Origin: Priapulus caudatus
Taxonomy: Eukaryota
DNA: 64,000 nucleotides
Assembly (NCBI RefSeq): GCF_000485595.1
Contig: NW_014577090.1
Span: forward strand, 616,432-680,431
Reading direction: 5' to 3'
This document shows positions 13,653 through 27,017 of this stretch, piece by piece. Position numbers and translations under genes: made by a program. Numbering within the stretch: position 1 is the stretch's first letter; each line of letters opens with the position of its first letter. Below the pieces are notes generated by a model. That model did not search any database. It saw nothing but the letters and a program-made list of their open reading frames with translations, and was not told where the DNA came from.

Positions 13653-14589
13653 CATGTCGTTATTCTGCCAGATATAGCGGAAGTATCGTTGCTGTATCCG
13701 TTAACGGAAGTATCGTCTTTCAGATAGCGGAAGCATCGTTATTTTACTTAGATAACGACGGTATCGTTATTTCTTAGATTGATATTCTATCGGGTAACGA
13801 CCACATCGTTATTCTGGCCTATAATGATCGCATGGTTAATCATATTTATCGCACGAACCCCATGTCTGGCGACGATGATGATAGTTTTACTTGGCGCCTT
13901 TACATCGTGCCATCCTTTTAGTGTTTACTGTTAATGTATAATTCAAACCGTGCCAATTCGCCACTGTTAATGCAGTAAAAGATGGAGAGTTAGCGAGTAT
14001 AAGAAGGAGAGGATATATACATATATATATATATTATATCGATCACAGCGAGGTGCAGCATAATCCTAACTTAACTAGAGGCGCAAAGACTCGGTGGCTA
14101 TATTGGCACTGTGTGCGCATGCGCTAGCAGCAGCCATGTTGTTCTGCAGCTCTTTGATTGGCTTATTACTCACAATAAGCGCGAGGCGAATACTTTTCTC
14201 GAATCGATCGACTCAGTGTGTAATAAAGAGTCCGTATGAAATTGGGAGTTGATGAATTAGAAACGCGTCCAGGGTTTGTTAAACTTGCTGCCTCACAGCG
14301 CGCATACATGTTGACTCGCGTTTGTAATTATTCCGCCAGGAAGAACACAGCCAGCAGACGCAATGAAACGCTTTAGCTGCCTGGATGAGTTTTTACATAA
14401 AAGTGTTTTATATAATTATTAGGCCTATATATTAATATATTAATATATATATATATATATAAATATATTAGTATAATTATATTATATATATGTTTGTGTT
14501 ATCAGACAAACGGCTCGTACACGGCTTGGTGCTCAGAATGAGGTTTTACGGCACAGACGCCCTCTTCTTGCTGTTAATGGAAATCACGG

Positions 14590-14633
14590 CCGTAGAGATC
14601 CTATTATACACGTGTATAATAGGATCTCTACGG
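14590..14633. repeat. Perfect 44-bp palindrome flanked by direct repeat TCACGG
   Basis: CCGTAGAGATCCTATTATACAC|GTGTATAATAGGATCTCTACGG; TCACGG at 14584-14589 and 14634-14639. Confidence 0.85.
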
Positions 14634-14762
14634 TCACGGCGCTACGTTTCAGTCGCAGATGGCGCGCATGCGTATAGTAGCCCTTCTCGTCAGTGCTTAC
14701 AGAAAAGAATATTAGGCCTACATCACTGAATCTCAACAAAATCTTCTTTATTTGCCGTTATA

Positions 14763-14978
14763 ATGCCCCGTTATTGTTCCGTTCCACTTTGTAAATCAAG
14801 AATAGGAGAATTTCACTTTCCAGCTGAAAAAGATATGAGGAAAAGGTGGGTTCTAACTATAAAACGAGTTGAAAACAACAGTAAATCGGCGAATAGGCGA
14901 TATTGTTGGAGCCGTCTGATAGATCAATTGTATGCCATCAACATTTCGGGGCTAGTGATTACAAGTAAACGCTTACAG
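14763..14978 (+). pseudogene. Degenerate THAP zinc-finger exon, probably transposon-derived
   Basis: MPRYCSVPLC...FHFP.EK.MRKRW..TIKR, then after a frameshift EPSDRSIVCHQHFGASDY*, giving the C2CH THAP signature; ends at a cag|gtatga donor. Confidence 0.75.
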
Positions 14979-16025
14979 GTATGATAGTAAAAATGTTGTT
15001 TTATTCCTCATTACCTGTAGACCATATAAATAACAAGTGCAAATTATAATTACAACCATCAAATTGAAGACCATAAAATGAAGAGATTCGAAGCGAGATT
15101 TATACATGCATTTTCGCGTATTTGCCGAGGGATTTCTTGCTGCGATGTTTGAAACGGTTTTGGACGGCCTTCTCTGTGTGGATCTAGGTGGTTCGCAAAA
15201 CAACCCGAACACTGACCATGGGTTTGCGGTGAAAAACACGCTGTTAGTTTAGTTGCGCCGATCTCATGCGTATCGCGAGAAAATTGATCGCGTGAAACCA
15301 ACAATGGAATAAATTCATTAGATAAATAGGAATTTCACGTACCCTGGCAACGTGAGTGGCACGAATCAGTAGGCGGTATTATCACATCGCTGACAAACTC
15401 GCTTTCACACGTCAGTTGCATGCCGCTAACTTTAATTTACACATTTTTGGGCAAGTACAAAGTGAGACGAGATGGGATATATTAAATCGTCCACCTATCC
15501 CGCCGAACGCATCGCGCAAAATAAAACTCGTGGCAAGTTTTAATATTAAATTTGATATGGCATTAAACAGGCGCGCGCCAAATTGTTGCAGTGTGTACAC
15601 GCTATCCAGCTCCAAATACGCGCGGACCCTCACCAATTTGGTCCCAAAAATGAAGGAGGGCCAGGCCCGGGATAAGTTATCCCGCACCAAGCTGTGTCTG
15701 TACGCAACACGCGGGCCAGATCCGGTGCTAAATCGCAATACGCATGCGCACAGCGTTACAATAATAATATAAAAATTTCACATAATTGTACAATTGCTGT
15801 CTGCGGGGTGACGCGGCGAGCTGAACTGAGAACTGATGACTCATTTAATGTAGGATCAAATTTGCAGTCTGTACGCCAGGCGCGCGCCAGTTTGATACCA
15901 TATCAAATTTTGCAGTCTGTACGGAGTATTAAAGACCGTTAATTAATAGCAAACGTCTTAAAATGCGCAAACGCCATTTGTGAGAGAATTCGTACACTAA
16001 TAGATGCGATATTTGCGTAAACACA

Positions 16026-16082
<57 letters not shown>

Positions 16083-16101
16083 GTATATATATAGATAGAG
16101 C

Positions 16102-16178
<77 letters not shown>

Positions 16179-16399
16179 GGGCGATAAATGTCGACACGTT
16201 AATAGACGCATAAATCATTTTTGATTCATGTTCGCTCTTTCTCCTCCATTACCAATGATGCGCCAGCCGCATCCATAATTATAAGCACATTCGCTAATGC
16301 TCATTGCATCCACGTAACTAGTAAAATTAATAGACTTATATGAGCTCGGCAATCTATGAACATACGTCAGTATAACGTGCGCGTGGCGCAGCTAGATTT

Positions 16400-16520
16400 A
16401 CTGTTGCTGCTGCAACTGCTGATACTGCTACCAGTGCTGCTGCTGCTGCTACTACTGCTGCTGCTACTACTACTGCTGCTACTGCTACTGCTACTGCTAC
16501 TGCTACTACTACTACTACTG

Positions 16521-16556
<36 letters not shown>

Positions 16557-16641
16557 TACTACTACTACTACTACCAATGCTGCTGCTACTACTACTACTA
16601 CTGCTGCAGCTGCTACTATACTACTACTACTACTACTCCTC

Positions 16642-16703
<62 letters not shown>

Positions 16704-16733
16704 GTTGTTGTTGTTGCTGCTGCTGTTGCTGCT

Positions 16734-16767
<34 letters not shown>

Positions 16768-16880
16768 CCGCCGATGCTACTGCTACTACTATTGCTGCTG
16801 CTGTTGCTGCTGCTGTTGTTGTTACTGCTGCTGCTCTTACTAGTACAGCTAGACCTACTGCCGCTACAGCTGCTGCTCGT
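16400..16880. repeat. Compound trinucleotide microsatellite (CTG/CTA/TTG)
   Basis: Directly visible; it is the source of the poly-L/Y/T/A ORFs. Confidence 0.93.
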
Positions 16881-18132
16881 AGAGCTATTGCAAACGTATA
16901 TACGTGTGGTAAGACAGACGCAGCAATTGGAGTAAATTAGGGATTAGTCGCGCGTTGCTGTTTTCTTAATTTGATGGGACATTTAGGCTGTAACCGGTAG
17001 GCACGCAGGCAATAACGGCGACTTGACGGGTTCTGGGGGATCGCCCGAAGATCTGCTAGTTCAGTGTTGACAATTCACGTCCTCCCAGTCTATTCTCGCA
17101 GAAATATATTAATCCCCTTAATCATGGTCCATCCCACAACTATGCACCCCACCGGCCATCATTGTTCACACGACCAGTCATCTTTGTCCACACGACCAGG
17201 CATCATTATTCACATAGCGGCTCATCAATGTCTATCTCACCGGTCATCATTGTCAATCCCATACGGATAATACACTCACTCCCGTAGGTAATCATCTTCC
17301 CCCGCGTAGGAATAATATGTTCACACCCAGTTTTGGATTGCTAATGATTATCCTACCCCGTCATCGTACGAGTAGAGACGTCGCTAGATAGCACAGAATT
17401 TGATAGACGAGGGGGAAGTGGGGACGTAGTACAGTGGAGAAGACCTTGGGGTTTCACACTCTTTACGTAAAGCCCAAGGGAAGCTGTCGTGTCTAAATTG
17501 CTCAAGGGAGGAGCGGTTGCAAGGTTTAGCGTAATCCGCGCGCAAATTTGAAGCACTGTTTTTGTTAGTTTCTATTCATGAATGTTTTTTTATCATAGTA
17601 TGACACGTTTTTAGTCGCTCGGGACTCACTCGGCTTAATTTGGCTCTTCTCGGTTTTACCAACTAAAACAATGTATTCAGATGACCAGTCAAATAATCTT
17701 TTGGCATTATGGAGGGTCTACGATCGCCTTCATTGCCTATGGCTTGTCTACACTTCAGTAGTAATGTTGGAGGCTGATACAGCGCATGAAAATCGACTTT
17801 ACTATTCGGTGCTGTTGCTGACAGCAGCAGTTACTTAAAAACTCGCTCGTGACAGAAGACAAAATAGACACGTCGTTGAATAATGTGGCGAAAACGACAT
17901 TTTCGCGTCTCGGGTTAACCATGACCGTATTCTAACCAAACTACACGTCTCTCTCTGGCGCCCTCAAAGTAATCAGAAGGCAGCAGCATCGGCGTGGAAG
18001 CTTTACCGGACCAGATCTAATTTCCTATCGGTAATACAAGTCCCGCCAGCTTCGTGTTTGAACAGTTATCAGCTGCGGTGCTAATTGAAGGCGTCGGACA
18101 GCGTGTAGCCATGGCTGCGCTCTACTGACGCG

Positions 18133-18211
<79 letters not shown>

Positions 18212-18225
18212 TCTCACACCATATA

Positions 18226-19855
18226 TGGCCCCCGTCAGCACTATAGTGTATTTGCTGAAACCTATTGAGTTGCGTGCTAAAAATATTTTTATACGCACCA
18301 AAACGGCCCAAACCCAAAATCAACAATTTTGTCAATTTCAGTATTTTCAACTATGCGGTTGCGTGTGAGTTGCGTGTGAGTTTTGGCGTGTGGATTGCGT
18401 GTGCGGTTGCGTATGGCTGTTGCGCGTGGCGTTGCGAACTTGAACTTATGGATCCCCCAATATCGGCGTCACCTGCGTACGCAGTTGCGTGCGCAGTGCG
18501 TGTCGAGTTGCGTGCAGAACTTACGCAGATTGCGTTTGAGTTGCGTTCAAAACTTACAAGTTGCGTTGGACCTGCGTGCTAGTTGCCGGCTAATTGCGAA
18601 TATCGTTCACGTTTGGTAAAAAACCTGTAATGATAAAAACCTCGTAAAATAAACCCGTAATAACGCGTAAAAAAACTGCATTGTCGAGTGGTGGTGCAGC
18701 GTCATCACCTCCTCAGGCTACTCATCCAATGATGGCCCCTTGCAGACCTCACGGACCACGACTGAGATGGTATTGTCTGGTACCCTCCATCCGCTACTGC
18801 CATGTCGGCAGCACTTGGTACCCGAGGCCAGGGTGCGCAAAGTGACTTGCCGCTTCAGCGCCAGGGGCAAGGCCCCAACCTGTACTTTGGTGTTTGTGCT
18901 TCGATGACGAAAGACCAACTCTCCGTAGCAGCTCATCGTACATCTCGGGGGGGCATCCTCATTGAAGTTCTTGAATGCACCTTGTCCTCGTTCCGGGAGC
19001 TCCACCAGGAAGCTGGTCGTAGAGACAAAAGTGAAGGACGCCTGCTAATCTATGGTCTAACCTACCTCTTCTTCTTCTTCTTCTCTCTTCTTCTTCTTCT
19101 TCTTCCTTCTTTTTCTTCGTCTTCTTCTTCCCCTGTCTGTTTATTCTATTCTGTATGTGTTGAGGCTGCTAAAATTGACCAGGCATAAAACTGATATCCA
19201 ATACAGCAGAGAGCGTAGCTCCAATGTTGTCACCTCGGAGGGTCCACTAACAACTGACGCCGATCTAGAAATCCAATTATTTATACCATTTCTCAACACG
19301 CATGTAGTTTCGCAACTAACCACGCACTCACACGCAACTAATAGGTTGTCGGATTACGCTGGGAATACGCCAGAATAGGTTGGCGGTAGCTACACACGAA
19401 CATGATCGCCCCCAACAGGACGCAAACACGATTCGCAAACATGATCGCAACAGTACGCAACACATTCGCAACATGTACGCTCCAAACCTGCCAGATACCT
19501 CAAATTTGCGACCTGCGATCACCTGCGTTCATAACTTATGAGTTGCTTAACCTATTGCCGATCGTGCTTGCGATTCGTGTTGCGATCGTATTCGATCGTG
19601 TTCCGTTGCGTAGCGTACCTGTTGCGTCCCTGTTGCGTATAAATTGTATCGCAGGCATTCGCAGAGAATTATTGAACAGGCGTTCAAAATTTCTAAACTT
19701 ACTCTTGCGTGTGTCTGCCCGATCACCTGCGTGCTTTGTTGCGTACTTCAACCCTATAAAACCTTATTAGTTGCGTGTTGATTGGCGTTCGGACTGTATT
19801 GCTCACTATTTTTTATTCGCCAAACCATTTACGAACTGGTGATCGCTATAGTTGC
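18226..19855 (-). mobile_element. Harbinger deletion derivative (short type), indel-rich copy
   Basis: Collinear with 25515-26900, including the flank GGTGCTCTCACACCAT. Frameshifted transposase N-terminus at ~18690-19225. Confidence 0.8.
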
Positions 19856-19859
19856 ACGT

Positions 19860-22045
19860 CACACATAACGATCACCAGTTGCGTATCGGTGCGAATAAGT
19901 TGGCATAAGTTCGGAACGCAAACTCAACGGCAACTAAATAGGTTATAGGGTTGAAGTACGCACAAAGCAACGCAGGTGATCGCAGACACACGCAGATGTA
20001 AGTTTAGAAATTTTGAACTGTTCAATAATTCTTCTGCCGATCGGCCTGCGATCATTTATACGCAACAGGGACGCAACAGGTACGCTACGCACGGAAACAC
20101 GATCGCAATTACGATTCGCCAACAACGATCGCAACACGATCGCAATAGGTACGCAAACTCTATAAGTTATGAACGCAGGTGAATCGCCAGGTCAAATTGA
20201 GGTATCTGCCAGGTTTTTGGTAGCGTACATGTTTTGCGAATGTGTTGCGTACCATTGTTGCGATCATGTTTGCGATCTGTTGCGTGCCTGTTGCCGATCC
20301 TGGTTGCGTGTGTAGCGTACCCCCACCCATTGTGCGTATTCCCAGCGTATCCCCAAACCTATGCCCGGCGTATCCAAACCTATTAGTTGCTCCCCAAGCA
20401 GAATGCGCGTGTGAGTTGCCGTGTTACGCTGCGTACTAATTGCGTGTTGAGAAAAATGGCTATAAATAGTTGGCGCCGTTTTCTAGATCGTGTAGTTGTT
20501 CGTGAGCCTCCGAGGTGACAACACATGGGAGCTACTTAAATTGCTTGTTATGCGCACATTCAGTTTAATCTGGTCAATTTAGCACTCCAACACATACAGA
20601 TAGAATAAACAGAAGAGGGAGAAGAAGAAAGATAGAAGCAAGAAGAGAAGAAGAAGAAGAAAGAAGGAAGAAGAAGCGAGTGTGGTAGACCATTGTATTT
20701 TAGCACGGCGTCGTTTCACTTTGGTCTCTTACGACCAGCTTCTGGTGGAGCTCCGAACGATGGACCAAGGGGTGCATTCAAGAACTTCATTGAGGATCCC
20801 CCGAGTTGCTTACGATGAGCCTGCCTACGGAGAGTTGCGTCCTCGCAATCACGAAGCAAAACACCAAGTACAGGTTGCCCTTCCCCTGGCCTGAAGCTGG
20901 CAGTCACTTTGCGGCACCTGGCTTGGGTACCACAGTGCTCCGACAGCACGTACGGATGGAGGGTCACCAGACAATTACCATCCTCAGGTCGTGGGTTCCG
21001 TGAGGTCTGCCAAGCCAGTCATTGATGAGTACCTGCCGAGGAGGTGATGACCTGCCCCACCACTCCTGAGGGATTGGCGTGCCATATTCAGACAACTTCA
21101 TGAAGAGGTGGAACCTTCCCCATTACATGTGGGGCCCTTAAGATAGGAAGCACGTGGCCATGCAGGTGTCCCCCCAACAGTGGATCCATGTATTACAACT
21201 ATCAAGTGAGTTCTACTTATTGTGGTGCTCCTGGCCCTCGCTAGATGCTGATTACCAATTCATCTGGGGCAGACTTGGGCTGGTTTAGGTTCTTCATCAG
21301 ACGCCGAAAATTCTACAATAACTGCGAGCTGAAGAATATGTGGAAGGGATAACATCGCGATTTCCACGACCAGATCCTCTACCCAATGACACCAGGATGT
21401 AACCCTACTTTATCGCCGAGACGACTGCAGTCGCCCTCAGAGAAGACAGGCATGAAGCCCTACGGACTCGTGTCTGGATGCATAACCAACAGCGATCTTC
21501 AATTATCGGCTTTCCCGTGCCAGGAGGGTTGCTGGAAAATGCCTTTATGGATCCTAGCAACGATTCCAGGTTATGCGTTGGCACCATTGCAGCATCTTCA
21601 GAAAATTTTAAGCTCGTAACCAAAACCTTGCATTTACCTTGCACAATCTCATGAGGATAAAACTACACATGGTCTAAGTCTACTACCATGACGATATTCG
21701 CCAACTAGCACGCAGGTCCAACGCCCAACTTGTAAGTTTTGAACGCAACTCAACGCAACTCGTAAGTCTTTCTGCCCACGCCAACTCGTAAGTTTCTTGG
21801 ACCGCAACTCGTAAGTTCTGCACCACAACTCAGTACCGGCAGTCGTTGATCGCAGCATAATTGGGAATCAAAGGTCAGTTTCGCAACCCCACACCGCAAC
21901 CACACGCAACCACCGCAACTCACACGCAACCCATAGTGGTTGAATATAGGTTAGAAATCAACAAAATTGGTTGATTTGCGCATTGCGTTTGGCTGGTATA
22001 AAAATATTTTTTACACGAAACTCATAGGTCTATTCAGCAACGCTA
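19860..22045 (+). mobile_element. Harbinger element (long type) with near-complete frameshifted transposase (~20525-21660), indel-rich copy
   Basis: Contains the N-terminal region, the DGKH catalytic segment (~21140) and the C-terminal part matching 10714-11140, plus subterminal arrays at both ends. Confidence 0.8.
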
Positions 22046-22995
22046 TGGTTCAGGCGCACGCTATGAAAACTGATTAGGACTTAGGTTCTGGTTCTAGTCT
22101 GTGGAAGTTTAACACGCACATACGGCCGCGTAGTGTTAACTATAAATAGCCAACGGGCATACTCTGGGCTACGAGATTGAAAGATTCGCCAACCCACAAA
22201 AAGTGGTTGGGGATAAAATTTTCCAAAAAGTACAGAGGATCGATTTAAAGACATCTTATTACCGTATTTTTAGGAACGTTATGATTGACTTTTCACCCGA
22301 CTGGCGAACCCAGTCTAAAATTTGAGGGAACTACCCCGCTATTCGTACACGACGCACTGTAGGCCATACGTGCACGCACTCACGTGCGCGTGCATTCACT
22401 CAGCTATACGTCATCACGCCACGTGGTCTGTCATTGCGCAAAGTGCTTCACTTTGTTGCAAGAATCGATTAAATGGTTAAAATTACGGTATAGTCTAGCA
22501 ATCGCGAGAGACAATTGATAGCATGTATTTGAATATGCATAATCTGCCGAATCAACCGTTACGGTTTTATATAGTTAGATATAAAGGACATTGTGGCGCG
22601 TGAGTGTGCGCGCGAACGTGTGTACGTCGTGCGCCTGCGTTTGTGTTTTCAATATACTTGTCTTACCTTCCGAGTCGGCTGCCAGGGATCGTGACCGTAC
22701 AGGCACGTACGCGCGCGCGCACTCACCACGACGCGGCACACATGCGCCGGCAAACTCGTACAACGCATCATCAATAAAAACATGGCGAACCGCGTCGCGC
22801 TCACTCAATCACTGCCCTTATTCCAACCACAAAAACCTCTTCTCGGAGGAACCTCACCAAAACCAATATCCCATTTGGCCACGTAAATGTCAGAGATGCG
22901 CATGGGTATATGTAAATTCAAATTGGCTTGGATATAGTTAGCATGCTGAATACCCACACACACACACACGTCCCGCGCACACACACACACACACA

Positions 22996-23097
22996 AGTGA
23001 GTGAGTGAGTGAGTGAGTGAGTGAGTGAGTGAGTGAGTGAGTGAGTGAGTGAGTGAGTGAGTGAGTGAGTGAGTGAGTGAGTGGGTGAGTGAGTGAG
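22996..23097. repeat. (GAGT)n microsatellite
   Basis: Directly visible. Confidence 0.95.
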
Positions 23098-25514
23098 ACA
23101 GGAAAAGGGAACGAGAGGTGTGGAATAGAACATACGGTGGTGGCTACAACTCTACACCTTGTCGCGGACAGCTCGATCACGTCTGAGCTCTAGAGCTGTC
23201 CGTATGGTGGTGGATATAGGTCAAGCAATGCGCATATATAGTATATCCTTTGCATTAACGAACTCTGGCACGCGGAATTACGGTCCGCATGCTAGATTAG
23301 AGTCGTGTCAGTATTTGCTGCGTTATGCATGAGCAATGTTCATTACGTAACCGACATATAGTAATTGTTACATGAGCGTAGAGGAGGTATTTCGTACGCT
23401 TCGTATTTGTAAGTTTCATAGCTGCTCGTTTATACAGAAGTAAATGTCCAGAATATCTGTTGCTAGCCGCAAAGCAATCGATCCCAACGCAAAAAAACGC
23501 CGTTTCTGCTGGATTATAATTAGCACTCGCTTTCTGAGCGTTGACACGCACCTTTTATTCGTGTCCTGAAACATTTGTGCTGTTTTAATGCCGTACACTG
23601 TCGTGTGCGCGCTATGACATGGATCACGTAAAGCAAGCGTACAATCATCGGATACATCTCCCTCGCTCGTATTTCATGTTTCCATACCGTCGAGCCGACG
23701 ATGTTTTTGTAAGCGCTTCGCCTAGTTATAGCCGTGTAGCCGTGTAGCCATAGCTTCGCTCTGACACAGGGCTATACGGCAACGTATTACCCATGAGCTG
23801 TATTACCTATTCCCGTATTGCCGTATTTGGTATTACCTACATGGTACCTAATCAGTTGGGGAATGAGTTGTGCCCACTCACGTAGGCCGCCGTAATTTCA
23901 ATTTAAATATTGCTGAGAATGTTGCTCGTGCGATCGTTTACGCTCGATAAACGACTCAACTTTATCAACTTATGGCTAGATGACTTTTGAGTTTAACGTG
24001 GATGGCTATACACGTTCATTTTACCGGCTAGGGATTTTCTATGGCATCACAGGCTACATCGTAGACCGACAACCTGCAAAGATTTCCCAACCGGTTTTAT
24101 GTGGTAGCGTTAAGGGCCGGCCACATATAGGGAAACACACGGTTATATGGCTATTCATCACATAGTTGCACACTTCAAGTATGGGCGGGGCATCGCCGTT
24201 AATGTCAGGACATCATCGCAGCGACGCTGCTCAACGCCGTTGTTCGCATCTTGTGCAGCCATCTTAATTGTCTCATGGTTGTGCCGTATTAACGCCCAAC
24301 GCCTTTCTCTGTTGCTCTTGTTCACCTTTAATCGCCACTTAATTAGTCCTTCACGAGAGTAATTATAATTCCCTATCTCTCGGGTTTTATATTAGCAGAC
24401 AACGAAAGGATGTGCTGCCTTTGCCGGGACAAAGATTTTTTTTATGTTAATTGTTTTTTATAAGTAACTTGTTGTTATTTTTAATTTAAGAAAAGCAAGA
24501 TGAAAAGAAAGAAAGACAAGAAGGAGAATAAGAAGAAGAAAAAAAATGAAGAGGAGGAGGAAGCGGAAGAGGAGGAGCAGGATGAGGATAAGGAAGAGGA
24601 GAAAACTAAAAAGAAGAACATTAAAAAAATTTACTATTAGTATTATTATTATTAATATTATTATTATTATTATAATTATTATTATTATTATGTGTAGAGT
24701 AAATATTACTGTGTAGAGAAAATCGGCCGGTTCCCCTTCCACTTGCAAAGATTTTTTACATTAATTCTCCATTCTAGTTTTAAAGACATGGTTGGCAAAT
24801 GAAGGGAAAATCACGCTAACAATATATATGAAACCCACATTTACAATAAAACGACACTCCTTACACTAGTCATGATATTACATTTGGTATAATAACTTTA
24901 CTTTTACATAATACTGCTTTCTGTATTTGTTTACATATTATTCTCGCCTTCTGCGCTCGTCGTCCATAAGATTTTGTACTTGCTTCCTTTATTCCTCCGC
25001 TAAGACATCCGGTCATCATTATCATTATTATTATTAATATTATTATTATTACTATTATTAAAATTAGAATCATCATCGTCATTGTTGTTGTAAGTAAGCA
25101 CGAGAAAAAACAACCGAACCTTATATATACACTGATGTAATATGAGCCCTCGTGCGGAGTTTATCTGGGGTCTATAGCTATTGCATCGTGGTCATGTTGT
25201 GCCACAGTAGGGGCTTGTTGTTTAGTGTCTCTATGTCAAATTCTGCCGCTAATAATTGGCGGTTTTATAGGTAAACGGTTAGAAATTAAACGCCGATGCG
25301 TTTAGCGCTAACATGCCGCATCACATATTACCAGCAGCGACCGTAAAAGCGCGATATTGCCGACGGAAAAGTGCAATATAACAGCGTAGGCGTTTTATAG
25401 CCAAATTATATCGATGTGAGTCGAGCACGCATGCATGCGGTAAGTCTCTTTACGCTAGAGTCGGTTCACCGGCTGGCGCGCGCATGATATTGTTAAGGTG
25501 CTCTCACACCATAA

Positions 25515-26900
25515 GGCCCCGTCACACTATAGTGTATGCTGAAACCTATGAGTTGCGTGTAAAAATATTTTTATACGCACCAAACGCAACCCAAATCAAC
25601 AATTTTGTCAATTTCTAGCCTATTCAACCTATGGGTTGCGTGTGAGTTGCGTGTGAGTTGCGTGTGGATTGCGTGTGGGTTGCGTATGGGTTGCGCGTGG
25701 GTTGCGAACTGAACTTATGATCCCCCAATATCGGCGATCACCTGCGTACGAGTTGCGTGCGAGTTGCGTGTGAGTTGCGTGCAGAACTTACGAGATTGCG
25801 TTTGAGTTGCGTTCAAAACTTACAAGTTGCGTTGGACCTGCGTGCTAGTTGCGTGCTAATTGCGAATATCGGTCACGTGGTAAAAACCTGTAATATAAAA
25901 ACCTGTAAAATAAAAACCCGTAATAACGGTAAAACTGCATGTCGGAGTGGTGGGGCAGGTCATCACCTCCTCCAGGTACTCATCAATGATGGCTTGGCAG
26001 ACCTCACGGACCACGACTGAGATGGTATTGTCTGGTACCCTCCATCCGTACTGCATGTCGGAGTACTTGGTACCCGAGGCCAGGTGCCGCAAAGTGACTG
26101 CCAGCTTCAGGCCAGGGTCCAGGGGCAACCTGTACTTGGTGTTTTGCTTCGTGATGCGAGGACCAACTCTCCGTAGCAGCTCATCGTACATCTCGGGGGG
26201 CATCCTCATGAAGTTCTTGAATGCACCTTGGTCCTCGTTCCGGAGCTCCACCAGAAGCTGGTCGTAGAGACCAAAGTGAAGACGCCTGCTAATCTATGGT
26301 CTAACCTACACTCTTCTTCTTCTTCTTCTTCTTCTTCTTCTTCTTCTTCTTCTCCCCTGTCTGTTTATTCTATTCTGTATGTGTTAGAGTGCTAAATTGA
26401 CCAGATAAAACTGATATCCAATAACAGCAAGAGGTAGCTCCATGTTGTCACCTCGGAGGTCCACTAACAACTGACACCGATCTAGAAAAGTCCAATTATT
26501 TATACCATTTCTCAACACGCATGTAGTACGCAACTAACACGCAACTCACACGCAACTAATAGGTTGGGGATACGCTGGGAATACGCACAATAGGTTGGGG
26601 GTACGCTACACACGCAACATGATCGCAACAGGCACGCAACACGATCGCAACATGATCGCAACAGGTACGCAACACATTCGCAACATGTACGCTACCAAAA
26701 CCTGGCCAGATACCTCAAATTTGGACCTGCGATCACCTGCGTTCATAACTTATGAGTTGCGTACCTGTTGCGATCGTGTTGCGATCGTGTTGCGATCGTG
26801 TTGCGATCGTGTTCCGTGCGTAGCGTACCTGTTGCGTCCCTGTTGCGTATAAATTGATCGCAGGCATTCGCAGAGAATTATTGAACAGTTCAAAATTTCT
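25515..26900 (-). mobile_element. Harbinger deletion derivative (short type), clean copy
   Basis: Terminus TAA-GGCCCCGTCACACTATAG (TAA target and GGCC end are typical of PIF/Harbinger), subterminal GTTGCGTG arrays and internal transposase N-half. Confidence 0.88.
25945..26443 (-). pseudogene. Harbinger transposase N-terminal half with nonsense codons
   Basis: ATG at 26443: MELPLAVIGYQFYLVNLAL*HIQ..R(n)V*VRP*ISRR..GLYDQLLVELRNEDQGAFKNFMRM...KLAVTLRHLASG..Y..MQYGWRV..NTIS.VVREVC. Truncated after TCPTTP. Confidence 0.88.
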
Positions 26901-26931
26901 TGTGCGTGCGTGTGTGCGTGGGTGTGTGGGC

Positions 26932-27017
<86 letters not shown>

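Noticed and set aside
16356..16940. Long poly-L/Y/T/A and poly-C ORFs
   Set aside because: Translations of a compound trinucleotide microsatellite.
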